Shown piece after piece: positions 24,008-37,391 of a stretch of DNA of 64,000 nucleotides (positions are counted from its first letter, which is position 1; each line of letters opens with the position of its first letter). The DNA lies in NCBI RefSeq assembly GCF_036321535.1, contig NC_087436.1:56484001-56548000 (forward strand), in the 5' to 3' direction. This DNA is from Camelus dromedarius. Its lineage: Eukaryota. The notes under the pieces were generated by a model. It saw only the letters and a list, made by a program, of their open reading frames with translations. It was not told where the DNA came from and did not search any database. A program made the position numbers and the translations under genes.

Positions 24008-25979
24008 AAGAATCTTAAGGGTGTTATCTCACCACAGCTTCATAGGGAACCCTTGGTAAAGGAGCGATTACCTCAAAATTTTCTGGGTGTGACTTTTGCT
24101 ACTAGAGTGATTTTGCTAAACTGATATGTAAGAAACCCTAAAGAAACTTTTTAAAGATTTATACCAGCTTGAGCTAAGAGGAAACAAACACAATACTAAG
24201 CAAAAAGTGGCTTTTGGACCCCCCAGACTTCCATGAACAGGAAGGAGGAATTTTGTCAGCAATAAATACAGGCCTTTTTTGGGGAAGTGGGGGAGAAGGA
24301 TGATTCAGAGGATGGAAACAAGGATACAGTGGGAAGACTCAAGAGTCAAAGAGGACAGTTCCCAGGGAACAGACTGAGTCCCTACTTAAGCAAATGGCAG
24401 CAGGACCACTTGGGTTTGAGATTTGCTGTGGAATATAGTAGCTTCTCATTTCTCCCTTTTTGAACAGGTGGGACTACAGAACTTCCCTGTGCTTGTCACA
24501 CCACCAAATGTTGGCTGTGTGAAGGGCAGATAACTTATCTCTTGATTAGAGCTTTTCAGGAAATCCCTAGTTCAAGAATTTTCAATATTCAGGAGGATTT
24601 ACTCACGGCGCCTCAGCTGCACCTGGACTTGATGTAGAAGATGAGATCCTAGACTTCAAGGTAATGCAGTAATGGGATGAAACAGGGGCTCTGAGGTTGA
24701 GAATAAGCGTATCTTACATGTGGGAGGGCTGTAAATGGTTGTGGTCAGAGGATGGACAGTGGTAGATTACATTTTCCTAAGATAATTACAGTAACATCTG
24801 CCATCCCACTATGTTCTTCCTATAACTCTGATTCACCTTGAATTTTTTACTTCAATATAAGTGATGTAAGTTGAACTTACGCGATATAGAGAGTGTACCA
24901 CTAAAGGCACTACTGTTCTCCCCTTGTCACTAGAGTACTCACTCTTGAAGCACTCAGCTACCATGTTAGCAGGGTGACTGCCTTGTAGCTGCCATGCTGT
25001 GAAGCCCCAGTTACCCCATGTAGACAGACCACATGGACAAGCCCTGAGTGTGTGAAAAGAGATGCTGGACAAGGCCCCAGCTGCTTCAGCTGCCTGCTGC
25101 CCCAACTCCAGCCACTGTCCGACTGCAAAACGCATGAAAGCCGGAAGCAAACAGCCAAACCCTATACACATTCCTGACCCACAAAAACTGAGAGAATAGC
25201 TGTTGCAGGTTTAAGCCACTTTGGATTGGAATAATTCATTATGCGGCTAGAGATAACAGAAATGAAGAGCAGAAAATATTACATCTCATTTAGGCTATAT
25301 ATGGGAAATGTCATAAAAATTTCTAAAAATAGGAATAGATATTCTGATCAAACTTTACTAAGAAAAACAAATATTTTTTAAAGACGTTGTCCATAAATCT
25401 TTAGGTGAAATCATTAAGCAAAATCAAAAAGGTACTACCACCTCAAGGTATTAAAGAAAGGCAAATTAAAATATGCTCAGATGCAGGCACCAAACTCCCG
25501 AAGTCTCCAAACAAGAACCTGAATCTCTGAACACTTGAGGATGTTTTTGGGCAGAGTAAGTTGTTCTTCATTTTATCACAACCAAGCAATATTCTGCGTC
25601 CTCTTTGCAGAGCTGGCCAAGGACACATACCTCCCACTCACCTGGCCAACCCCCAATGCCAACACAGATTATGGAGCCTGAAGCAGCCCCAACACTTTCT
25701 TAACAAACTGGAAGCTTCCTCCCTGTGCAGTGTGCTGGCTCCTCAGAGTTAGTGGTGTGGTCTGCCTATTTTTTGATGCTATATGGGATCCACATGAATC
25801 AGGGCACAACTGGAATCCAAAGGAGAGATGAGGGATGCATGAGAAGACCAGAAATTGAGGAGTCCTGCAAACTAATCTAGGAAAGACTAGAGAGAGACAG
25901 CAAAGGCTGTTGAAAAAAGATTCAGTGTGGAAAAAGATATTTTAAATGATTCTTCTATAGAAACTAAATGTTAAATTTT

Positions 25980-26410
25980 TTTCAAAGTAAAATGAAGGAT
26001 AAATACCAGGCTATGAATATCTTTTTTAGAAATATGACAGAGTTTTAATAGCCTTAATATAATTAAGTTAGTAAGAAAAATACTAAATAAAAGGAAAAAT
26101 CATGCAGTGATAACTCACAGCAAAGAACCATAACCATGAAAATAATTTAACTTCACTGTTGACAAAACAAATGAAAATTAACTGTGAGAGATCCCACCTA
26201 AGTAAATCAGTGTAAAGTTTTCATAATATTCAATATTGGGAAGGGTATGGAGAAAAAACACACTTACACACTTATGATGCAAGTATAAATTAATACAAAC
26301 ATTCTGAAAAGCAATTTACATGTATGACTGGCGTCTTTAAAATGTCAATGTCAAATACTTTTTTTGGTTAGTAATCCAAGTTTTAGAAGTTCATCAAAAG
26401 CAAGTCATAA
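25980..26410 (+). mobile_element. Old L1ME-like fragment
   Basis: caatattgggaagggtatggagaaaa...gtataaattaatacaaacattctgaaaagcaattt. Confidence 0.5.
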
Positions 26411-27976
26411 ATTCAAATATGAACTTTTAAATTCAATAAATGAGTTATGAATAATCAAAGAGTGATTATCAATTATAGTTACGACACTGATATTTACTTA
26501 GCAACTACTATTAACTGGGTTCTATGAAAGTGTTTTCACTATAGTGCTTCTAATATTTAAATACTTCAAGATGCACATTATCTCCATCTTATAAATGGTG
26601 AAACTGAATAATTATAAAATTATAAATCAAAAAAGTTTTACCTGGAATTGAAATCTGCTAATAACACTTATGTTCATCTCATTATTGAAATTTACACAGT
26701 TATCAGATGCATTAAAAACTAGAATTTTGCTGGATTACATAATCCAAATATTCTGTAACATTAAATATTGAAAGCAGTAAGTCTATCAATAGACAAGCAG
26801 TAAGAGGAAAATGGTAATTAAATCTGATCTTTGTGGTATCAGGCTCAATAAGATCAGGAAAGGAAATGGATAAGGAGCTGCCACCTGTGGCTGAGGCATT
26901 TCTGAATTACATTAGGGTAGCGCATGCTTATCCATCATGTTTTAATCGCCACATGAAACTAAATGCTACAGTTAATTGACACAGGGGATAGAGCTGAGGA
27001 CCACACTGCTCTTCCTTAAAGTGACAAGTAGAATAAACTACCTTAGTAAAAGTTTTTTATAGTGACTAATTCAATCAATAAACATACTGAGTTCAAACAC
27101 TGATGGGGTCACTCAATTCCAACCAATGGATGCTCCCATTTTCTTTTTTTAAACTTAAATCAAATTGAACCTTTCTAACACAATCCATTCCTAGAGCGAA
27201 AACAATTATTTTTATCACATTCCACAGTCCAGTTCTCTCATTTCACAAGAATTGAAATTGCGGCTTAGAGGGATTGGATGACTTTCTACCAAGACAGTCA
27301 GTGAATCAGAGGCAGCAAACAGTCTCTTCAAAACCTGACAACTCTACAGTTTCTCTGACAACTCTCACAAGCCCTTGCTTCCCCACCTGGGAGACATATT
27401 CTGGACTCTCACAAACACTTCTTTTACATGTGATTCTAATATGCTATCAAAAATTGAATGGCCTCTGAAGGGCACCTCTGGTTTACTTAGGAGATGGAAA
27501 GTGCACCTTACAGATAAGGTCACACGAAGGGCTGAGTTCATTTGTCAAACTGCAAACGGACAGGTTTCCATTACATGCGATGTCAGAAGTAGTACCTTGA
27601 AATCACTGCTGGGCGATCAAGCAGTCCCTCCAGTTCAGTATTTAGTAAGAGGAAACCCCCTCCAAAATATTTTGTTAGATTAACTGAGGTATATGAAGTG
27701 TAGGAAATAGGACTATAAGGTGTTTTTGTGAAGGCTTTTCACACTAGTTTTGTGATTCAAATGGAAATCACTCTAGAAATTTAAGGATTCTCAAACACTA
27801 TCCAAAATTTCAAAGCATAACTAAAGTATTTCATCAAATATAGAACATTTATATGATGCAGCACATCACCATTTTATGTAGCAGTAAGGGAAAAAATGGT
27901 GTTATTGTCATATGATGACATTAAGATATATCCCAAATTCAGCAATTGTAAAATGTTTTAAGACTGTGGGTCTTGA

Positions 27977-28075
27977 GGGGAGGCAGGCAGGGATATAGCT
28001 CAGTGGTAGAACGCGTGCTTAGCATGCACAAGGTCCTGGGTTCAATCCCCAGTACCTCCATTAAACAAATAAACA
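27977..28075 (+). mobile_element. tRNA-Ala-derived SINE (camelid-type)
   Basis: GGATATAGCTCAGTGGTAGAACGCGTGCTTAGCATGCACAAGGTCCTGGGTTCAATCCCCAGTACCTCCA contains an A box, a B box and an AGC anticodon-like loop, followed by the A-rich tail ttaaacaaataaac. Confidence 0.88.
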
Positions 28076-28192
28076 AGAAGGTGCTAAGAGAGCTATGAGA
28101 GAACCCAGATAAACAATGTAATAGATAAGGAAACAGTATAATAACAAAAGGAGAAGTTCAACAAAGAGATGAAAACGTAAAAAAAAAAAAAA
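28076..28192 (+). mobile_element. L1 ORF1-like fragment plus poly(A) directly downstream of the SINE
   Basis: gagagctatgagagaacccagataaacaatgtaat...gagaagttcaacaaagagatgaaaacgtaaaaa resembles the L1MA ORF1 coiled-coil region (EKFNKE). Confidence 0.55.
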
Positions 28193-31100
28193 AGATTGTC
28201 TCAGGATCAATTAATAAGTTATTGCTGATTTTAATGGGTTTATACAACAAAAAAGCAGAATTTTAAAGGGATGTAAAATATAAAATAAGATATAGAACAA
28301 AAACATAATCCTAGGCTTGCAAGTTAATCTGTAATTATAGTTCTTGAGAGTAGTAAATATTGAAACACTGAAAAGTATAGCAAACATTTAAAACCTCATG
28401 AAAGTATCACTTTTTACATATAAGAAACCACTAGGCAGTCAGAACACAGTGAACATTAATTCCTTAGCCGACTTCTCAACTTAAAGACATACTTATTTGA
28501 CAAAGTTAGAATTTCAGTCTACAAATATTGAGCATATACTGTGTGCCAGGCACTGTTACAAGAACTGAAAATACAAAGGGGAACAAAGCAGACAATTCCC
28601 TGCCCAGACAGAGCTTACACTGTAGTGAAGAAGAAAAATTATAAACCAGATTCAAAAGTGAAATACAGCACGTTAGTAAGGAGAAAGCTAAAGCAGAAGA
28701 GGAAGATTTCTGTTCTGTTGATTCTGTTCTTGCAACATGAACATAGGCTCCTAATCCTAAAATGCAAATAGGACATTTTAAAAATAATCAGGATTTTGTC
28801 AGGCTAAAGTAGGGGGAGGGGGGGGGCTCTGTGATGGGCTACAAGTTTTCTGAGAATACTATCCAATATTAAAATAAATAAATATAAAATAAAATGAAAG
28901 CCTTCAGGTTCTGAACAGAATGAACAGTCTACTCTAGTAGCCTGGCAACTGCAGGCTTCTAAACAAGTAAGTGTCTCAGTATCAGAATGCAGTCACAGGA
29001 TGGGTGGAATGCAGTCGACCAAGGAGCCCTGGGATGTACAGATCAACTAAAATTGGCCAGAAAAACTGCTAGAAAATCCACAAAATCAAATAACAGGGTG
29101 AAGCTGGCAAAAACATGTAGAACACCAGGGGAATCTGATGGCAGAAACTGGAGTACTGGGTGGGGGTGGATCTGAAGTAACACCTCAAAGACCTAATCAC
29201 TTGAGAACAAGGGTACACGAACATAATGGTGCCAATGGTGTCAAACTCACTCATCAAGAAAGATCTTAAATTCTCACTGACTTAGCCCGGGATGGATTTT
29301 AGCGCCGACTCGAACACCAGAGGCCCATGGGCCGTGTGCCTGCCACCTGCCCAAGTCTGTGAGCTGCCTTTAAGTTTCGGCATAAGGATCAAAGCTAAGA
29401 CTAATTTAAGGAGTGTAAAGTTACTTTGAGGTTGCCGCTTCTCAAATACTCCTCCTAACATTTCAGTGTCTAAAACAGCAGTGTAAATTTTCTGACATTT
29501 TTCAGCCCGATAAAGTAAGATACCTAATTTTTAAATAAACGTGTTTTGTCCAGAACTTAGTATAGCATTTTCAAATTTTCTCATTTAAAGTGTAGCCCAT
29601 AAAAAATATCTTTCTTAAACCTGCCTTTATTTATTTTTTTTAATTACTCACCACATGCCAACACTTAGCATTGTAACATTCTTCCAGTGGACACGCAGTG
29701 AGGTCTTATCCTGAAGAGGGAGGGAGACAGGGCAGGCGGGGCTGCCGCTACGAGCAAGGTAATCACTTTGGTCTCTAGCTACCTCTTTCCTTCTGAATAA
29801 AAAATAAACCATACAAATATTTTAAGTAATGGCAACTGGAGAGATGCCAAGAAAGTCCAAAGATGACAAAAAGGAAAAACAAAATCTCTCTGAATATAAA
29901 GTTACAAGTATTGTTTATAATTATACAGCTAATAGGAAAATTAATCAAAATCCTAAAATGTTATTATCACTACCCTTATGGAGATAACCTTCCAAGCGGG
30001 ATAAAGAACATGGTCATGGGTGCTATCTCACGTTCTCTGATAAATTTCTGGATCTGACTTATTTTGAGCTCTTACAGTACCACAGTCAGAATTTTTCATG
30101 TTCCTACTATTTCATTAAGTAGTTTTAAAGGAATATTAGTCTTCTTCACATGGACAAAAACACTTATAAAGTTATCTATTCTATAAGAGAAGTTAGTAAG
30201 AAAATGGAATGCAATCATAGAAGGTCACTTTACAACAAATGTGTTGATGTACATAATCTGTAACGAGAATGCGGCATTTGTAACTCCCCCTATTTCCTGC
30301 ATGGCTCCACTTCTAGGTGGGCTTCTCAAGTCAAATACATTAATCACTAAGCCCAAGAAAGATGTTAAAGGTGCTTGTATGTCTACTTCAGGGAGCTGAA
30401 GATTGCACAAAAGGTCTACAAGGGCTTGCTTGGGCTTGGTCAAAAGAGGAAACTATTCCTTAATTCCATGGTTTTATTTTTCGTAAACATACAGAGTTTG
30501 AACATAACCGAACTTTTGACATATTTTGTCATGGATTCCTATCTCTTCCCTACCCATCAGTTGTGTATAAAAATACCTCACATGCTTGGTCTTCCTGCCA
30601 CTTCCTGTCACCTCCCAAGATTAAACATTTCTCCAAGGGCCCTCCTTCCCTTCGTGGAACTTCCAGACTCTACCCTTAAACTTTCCCACATTATCTCTTA
30701 GGATACAGATGATTGTGTTCATGAAAATTTTTCAGTATAAACCTACCATATAAAATATTTTTCAATCATTGCATATAATCTGAATTTAGTCATCAAACTT
30801 TAGGTTTTCAACCCAATGGTACTTTAAGTTAAAGTTAATAAAATGCAAAAATTTCTCAGGCATGACAATTAAGCCATAAACTCTCTTAACACTTATGCCA
30901 TATATGCATAGCCAAGTGAAGGCTCTGGAATTACCCAATTACTGGGAGATTTTCCATAGAGCTCATTATAAAGGGTTCATGACTTAGAGAATGTCCACTG
31001 CATAATGGATTACTCACAGTAACAAACATTGTGACTAATTAAAAAGTTTGCATTTTTTTCATTACAGTATATTCCTTACCCTTTGAATAAGCAAGCATAC

Positions 31101-32204
31101 GCTTGTCCTTCTTATGGCAAAATTCTTACACTGTTTTTTTCAGGGCTGCTTAAGCATTCTATTTTCTTCTAAAACTGAACTATCATTCTTTGTAATTACT
31201 CCTAATGCTACCTTTGTCTCTATGCTTATATTTTTTATTCTTTTGATAATTTCTCTGAAAAAGGGAATAAAATCTATATATTGAAACACCATTTTAAAAT
31301 CTAAATATTTATAAGTTGGTTATACGAGAAGAATTCTTTTACTTAGGTAGGTTTAAAGCCAATTTTAGCTTCAACATGTGTTCTCATGCAGTGTATTCCC
31401 AGAACAAGAAAAATTACCAGAGCTGTAAATCAGGAACAACTCAGTACTAGCTTCTACCCAACAAGGTTACGTTATTGCCACTTAATATGTGGTGAGAAAG
31501 ACATTGCAACAGGGCACATATCAACTTTCATCCCATTTCAGAAGTCAATATTTAAACTAAGGGAGTCCAAAACCAAGACTTTGTGTTGAGAGACTCAAAA
31601 TTTTTTTTTCTACAACTGTGTGGTCGCATGTCCATTCTAAGTGCTTTGCTGGTTTAATGCTTTCCCTATGCACCAATGACCCTGCTTTCCAATGTTTCTT
31701 TGTCTTTCTCAATTCCACAAATGTTCCATTGTTGGATCATAGGGTTGTTAGTCTCAATACCGTTCAGAGCTGCCGAGTGCCTAAAGAAGTGTTTATCGTA
31801 TCAATACTCCTGTGCGTATGTGTAAACATGAGAACAAACTTACACAATTTACTCTTGTCTAAATCAAACTACATTTCTTTGAAACATATTCATCAGGAAG
31901 AACACTCCTCCAGTGTGCTACTAAATAAATTCAGAAGAAAAAAAAATCAGTCCCACAAAATTTGAACAGCTTTAATGAAAGTTCCTATTTCTCCTTATTT
32001 TCTCCAATTTCTTTCACCATTTTCAAACCAGGAGAGAATTAGCCTGAAGGGAAAAAAAAGCTCGTAACTTCAATTTGAAATCTCTTACACAAGCCCGGCC
32101 AGAAAACAAATGGATTTGCATGGACCCTATCAAATACCTAGATCTTTTTCTTTGGCCATAGGGAGTTCGTCTCAGATTCCTCCAGTGTTAAGAAATACCA
32201 TGAA

Positions 32205-32410
32205 CAGTTACGTGGGGCGGGTTGCCTACTATGTGACAGGCTCTAGACACATGTTAGCTCTAATCCTCACAACAACCCTGAGAAAGTAGGCATTACTCTA
32301 TTAAAAATAAGGAATCTAAAGTCAAAGGGGTTTTAATCTGTGGAAAGGCGTGCAGAAATCTGATTCAAATTCAGACCTGACTGCAAAAGCAGGTCCCTCT
32401 TCTGCTCCAT
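32205..32410 (-). mobile_element. MIR SINE
   Basis: cctactatgtgacaggctctag...taatcctcacaacaaccctgagaaagtagg. Confidence 0.65.
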
Positions 32411-33539
32411 TCTTGAATCTAATGACAAATGGATAGAGAGGACTTCAATGGATTGCCCCTCTTGTATAAGTACAATCTCACTGGAATTGTGATCTCAGCA
32501 ATTGAAAGCGCATTTTCCTGTTTCTCCTAACTTGAGGAATTAATAGGTGATTAATTTTCAAATGATCAGCCCATCAACAAGTAAATAGTAAAGGATAAGA
32601 GGTACATAGAAATATGAAGTCTGTGCAATTACACAGATAAAGCTGACTGAGGTGACTGATCAACAGGAGACACTCCACACAGCGTTCCCTCCCACAGAAT
32701 ATATTTACATGTTTATCAGGAGGCAAATAATATACATATGGAAAGAATGTGCCTTAGTATTATGAAATAGGATTAGGTTGTTTAAGGTAAGCAAAGTGGG
32801 TGTCTGGCCAATCTACTTGCTAAAGCATGTTCGGCATGGAAACTCTGTACCAAGCCAACTCTGCTAGGTTCTAGTTTACGTGCTGTAGACAATGAACGTG
32901 ACAGGTGCAATACGCAAAGGGGTAGCTAGGGAAGACTTCTGAGATGAGTTGGCACGGTAGTCAGAGAAATCCAGCACACAAGTGAGGCAGAGGCAAGCAC
33001 GCTCCAATAAGAGAACAAGCATATCTAAGTGGGGACCAAGAGCTGGAAAAAACCTGAAACATTTAAATATACTTGCATAGCTGGAAAGAAACACCAAGAA
33101 CGTAAGTTTGAACCTTTCATTTCAAAGATAAGAAAACCAAGTCCCGGAGCACTTAAATCGCTTGCCCAGGGACAGACAGGGACAGCCAGGGCTTGACGAA
33201 AAACACTGCTCACCTGCTGCTGCAGCCAAAGTTATTTCCACTCTCCAGTGGTTTCCCAAACACTGCCCAGCCCTGAGGGGGAGGCCAGGGGATGCTGTGA
33301 CGTTCCCTCAGGAGCCCAGTGGGGAGCCAGGGGAGGGGTATTCAAACATGGAAGTTCTGCTTTTATCTCTTTTATACATTGGACTTTTGATAAGATTTAT
33401 TTGAAGAAAAGAGTCTCTGTTTTAAAAAAAAGTACTCTTTAAGGCTTCATTAGTGATAAATTAACATTGCTGTGTTCTGTGCTATGCGACACAGACACAA
33501 ACATAAAAGAAAAAAATATCTTTTGCCCTCCACAAATTA

Positions 33540-34330
33540 GTCTACTCATTCAACAACCAAGTACTGAGTGTCGGTTGTGTGCCAGGTACTTAGCTGTATG
33601 CTGGGAAATTCAATGGTGAGCACAAGGCTGCAGGTCTGGCCTAGGGTCAGGAAAGTGATGAACTGGAAGGACATTCATCCCATGGCAATACAGAGAAATA
33701 CAGCACACAACTGTGATAACTGGCATAAGGGAAAACAACAAGACCCAAGGAGAACATATGACCAGGAAACTTCAGTCCAAGGAGTCACTGGGCTCATACA
33801 CAAGGGCTCAAGGGTAAGTACGCACAAGGCTGCATGGAAACACAGAGGAGTGGTGAACTCAGGAGGGGCAGGACACCTCACAGTGAAGGAGGCACCTGTG
33901 CGTCACTTAGGAAGAGTTAATACAGACACGTAATTATTGCAGAAAAGGGCTGGCAGGAAGAAGGTGGAAAGAAGGATTCTTTAGACAGAGGTATTGTATG
34001 TGCAAAAGAAGAAAAAACTGGGCAGAAATTTTATAAAGGGCAAGCCCTCAAGGTTATAGTGAAAGGTCCTCTCAAAGAAGAAACAGAATTGTAGAAAATA
34101 CGCAAGGGCCAAATCAGACAAAGCCTTGTACACTATGCCATGCACAGATTTAACCTGCACTGCCTGCCATGCAGGTGATGTGGGCTGTAGTCAGGACTGT
34201 GACATTATCAGAACTGCATTCCAGAAAACTCACCCAAAAAGCTGTATGGAAGATAAGAGCAGAATAGGGAAGACTTGTGGCTAAGCGACCAACAGAAGCT
34301 ATTTACTACTTTACAGGCAAAGAGTCACTG
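33540..34330 (-). mobile_element. L2 fragment
   Basis: ctcattcaacaaccaagtactgagtgtcggttgtgtgccaggtact followed by purine-rich L2-like body. Confidence 0.6.
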
Positions 34331-34749
34331 GAATTGTGGGTTCGCTTCAGGTTTCCCAGGACACATTGGTATTTTTAAAGTAAGTTAAATTAATGAATAA
34401 ATGAACAAAAAATAATGTTGGCATGCTGGAGCAGGGCAAAAATATAAAGAATCATAAAAGACAAATTGTATGATGTGATGCTGTAGGAAATAGGAAATCA
34501 CCAAAAATTTCTGATCAGAGGAGTGACATAATGTGAACTTTACAAAAGCTTACAGTGTTACGGTGCATCTGGTAGAATGAATAAATGGTAGCGTTACAAA
34601 TGATTTAAGAAAGCTTACAATAAGACAGCTAAAGTAGTTCAAATGTAAAGTAAAAATGGTTAGCCTGGTAAAGGACCTGTATAAATATAGGAAAAAAGAA
34701 CAATAAAAGAGACATTTTCAAAGAAAAATAAGTGAGGTCAATGCACAGA

Positions 34750-34983
34750 CAAGACCAGCAATTTTTTTTTTCTATGAAGGGCCAGTCATACATGTTTTAG
34801 GCTTTGGGGGTCACATGGTCTCTAACACCACTGCTCCACCCTGCCACTGCAGCAGGAGAGCAGTCACTGCCAGCCGCAGACAGTACGTAAGCAAACGGGC
34901 ATGGCTGTGTTCCAATAAAACTTTGTTTACAAAATGGACAGTGGGCTGGATTTGGTCAGCAGACTATAGTTTACTGACTCCAG
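34750..34983. mobile_element. MER58A-like hAT-Charlie element
   Basis: ctatgaagggccag...ttttaggctttg...gggcatggctgtgttccaataaaactttgtttacaaaa...gggctggatttggtc...tatagtttactgactcc. Confidence 0.85.
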
Positions 34984-35014
34984 GAGTAGATGCAACAGGG
35001 GAGGGTGTATGACT

Positions 35015-35340
35015 CACAATTATATTCAGCTATGAGTGATAGAAAACCTAAAACAACAGTGGCTTAAACAGACAGATTATTCCTCTTTTGTAAATAAAAT
35101 CTCCAGGTAACAGACAGGTTTGGTATGACAGCACCACGATTCCAAAAGACCTAGCCTCTTCTGATAATTGTTTTTGCACCATCCTCCACATGTGACTGCC
35201 AACTCTTGGTTCAAGATAACTGGCTTGAGGTTCAGCCATCAAATTAGCATTCTAGCAAGCAGGGAAGAAAAAGTAGAAAAGGGCACATCCTTCATTTTCA
35301 GGCCAATTCTGTAACTCAAAGCCTTTCTACTTGGCTAGCT
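35015..35340 (-). mobile_element. Old MLT1 (J/K-like) LTR fragment
   Basis: attcagctatgagtgatagaaaacctaaaacaacagtggcttaaacag...ggttcaagataactggc...agccatc. Confidence 0.65.
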
Positions 35341-37391
35341 GTCTATTGTCACATAAAAGCAAAAAAAGACTGCACTTGTTTCAAAGTGAATGGTTAAGTG
35401 TCTTAAGCCTTCACCATTCATTCTCCCTAAACCAGAAAATGTTTTTTGTTCACCTCTTGATTGTTGGCTTGTATAAGATTTCTTATTGGCTGAAAAAGTT
35501 TCTCAATAAACTGTTTTCCTTCTGTCTGAAGTAATAAAACTATACAACACTATAAACATTTTCCATGTTTAACTCCAAGATATTTTGTTTTCTGGCTAAA
35601 ACAGCAGAGCTTTTGTTTTTAAAATTAAAGCAGACCCTAAGACCTAATTTGCCTCAGAATGCCAAATAGCTTTCTCTTGTTATGTTCCAACGTTACTATC
35701 ATCCATTCCTAGAACACATGGATGTGTAAGAGACCAACCTTGCTTACTCCGGTTGTCCCTGAAAACAGTTTATTGACATAAAGAGTAAAAAGCGAGCAAT
35801 GTCCAAGGATAAAGCTCTCAAAGAGTCTAGTATAGGAGATTTATGCTGTGAAATTATGTTTAAGGTAAGCAAGAGTCTTAATACTACAGCCATAATGAGG
35901 AGATTATAGCGCCTCAGAACTGGTGACACAGATACAGTGTTTCCTTTTATTGAGATGTAACTTTACTTCCCTTAAAAGATGACATGACTAAAACTGCCAT
36001 CATAAAATGAAAAGATCTGCAAAGTTCTGGCCCTCTGTATGAGCAAAAAGAGAAAAATTTAGCATCCCAGACAATTCCAACAAGTTAAGAGGAGCTGGTC
36101 CTTAGGATCATTCAATAATTCAAGATGTGTTGACACTCTCAATTAGAACAATAATTCAAAAGCTATTAAGCTTCTACAACACTGAGAACATGCAGACAAT
36201 TTAATTAACATTTAAATCTCTGAAAACTTAATTTTTAGATTACTTCTCACACTGAGCTTTTTAACTTTTAAGGGGATTTCAAAAATAATAAATAATGCAC
36301 AAGACCTTCCCAGTTGCAACTAAAGTCATACTCTCTACCCTAGATTTCAGCTATCTCAACTCACATAGTATTTTTATTACCTGACATTTTAATCAAAGAT
36401 CAAAAACTTCACTAGCCAAAGCACTTCACAAAGCTCTGTGAAGTAAATTAACTTTATGAAATGGAACACAACTACATATTTTGTAATGAAATTTTACATT
36501 ACACTTCAAGAAAGAATGTTATCCTTTTAAAGACAGCCCATATGGCTCAAACAATAATATTAGTAAAAAATATTTAAAATAAACATGAGAAGTAAGAAAC
36601 ATTCTAATAATCCAAAGAAATATTCAGCTTCCAGGAGTCTCTGTAAAATGTTCACTAACTGACTCAGGGACGACCTACAAGTCCGACCAGACTGGTCTGC
36701 AAAGGGTCCTTATACCTTAAATGTTCTCACAGACAAGGCGGGGAGAGCATCTGAACACACTATTTCAAGGAGCTGCACATGCCTTATGAGACTGCTGACT
36801 ACCCAACTATTACCATGAATTGCTAACAAGATCATTTCAAATGTTCTGAAAGGTATTTGTGTTAAGTACATCTCTAATATGTGAAATACATACTTCATTT
36901 TTCATATTAAAAATATAGAGAAATTTGTAGAGTTAAAGAAAAAATTTTAACCCTTCTAAAATTCTCTTCATGTCACACTCCAGTTCAGTAATCTTTAACA
37001 TGAGCTTAAAAACAAAACAAAAAAAAACCCAGCCTGCTTTTCAAGCAACTCTACAATCTGGTCTTCTATCTTACAGGTGCTTAATCTCTCATGACTTCCC
37101 AATATGAAACTCTTTTCCTGTTAAATCAAGTTTCTCACATTTTTCCAATCATACCAGGCTCATCCAAACTCATTATTTCAAACATCATTGCTAAATCCTG
37201 ACCTTCTGTTTAAACTTGCACTACCATCCTCAGCACCCAGGGAAAACCCCAATGTTCCCATGTGACCCATCCCGACCGTGCTAACCGGAGCAGAGTCCTC
37301 TTATTTGACTACATCCCTGCTACTCGTTCTGACACCAGGCACCACCTGAGCAACAATCACTTCTGAGTAACAATTAACACTGAGGGGCTGC

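Larger units (their letters stand above)
21051..25262 (+). mobile_element. Full-structure MLT1 (ERVL-MaLR) element: 5'LTR 21051-23073 (split by an L1), internal 23074-24757, 3'LTR 24758-25262
   Basis: Both LTRs start (t/a)gtggtagatt and end ttaagccact...gataac or caagccact...tataacc. Both carry the cctgacccaca and ccagctgcttc motifs. The internal start (aagtgaagtggta...ggcctttggacc) and the purine tract before the 3'LTR are MaLR-like. Confidence 0.8.

Noticed and set aside
27989..28060. Functional tRNA-Ala(AGC) gene
   Set aside because: The acceptor stem is imperfect, and the sequence is followed by an A-rich tail rather than an oligo-T terminator. It fits the abundant tRNA-derived SINE.
28811..28826. 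G-quadruplex
   Set aside because: Only two G runs in a very short stretch; more likely a simple homopolymer.
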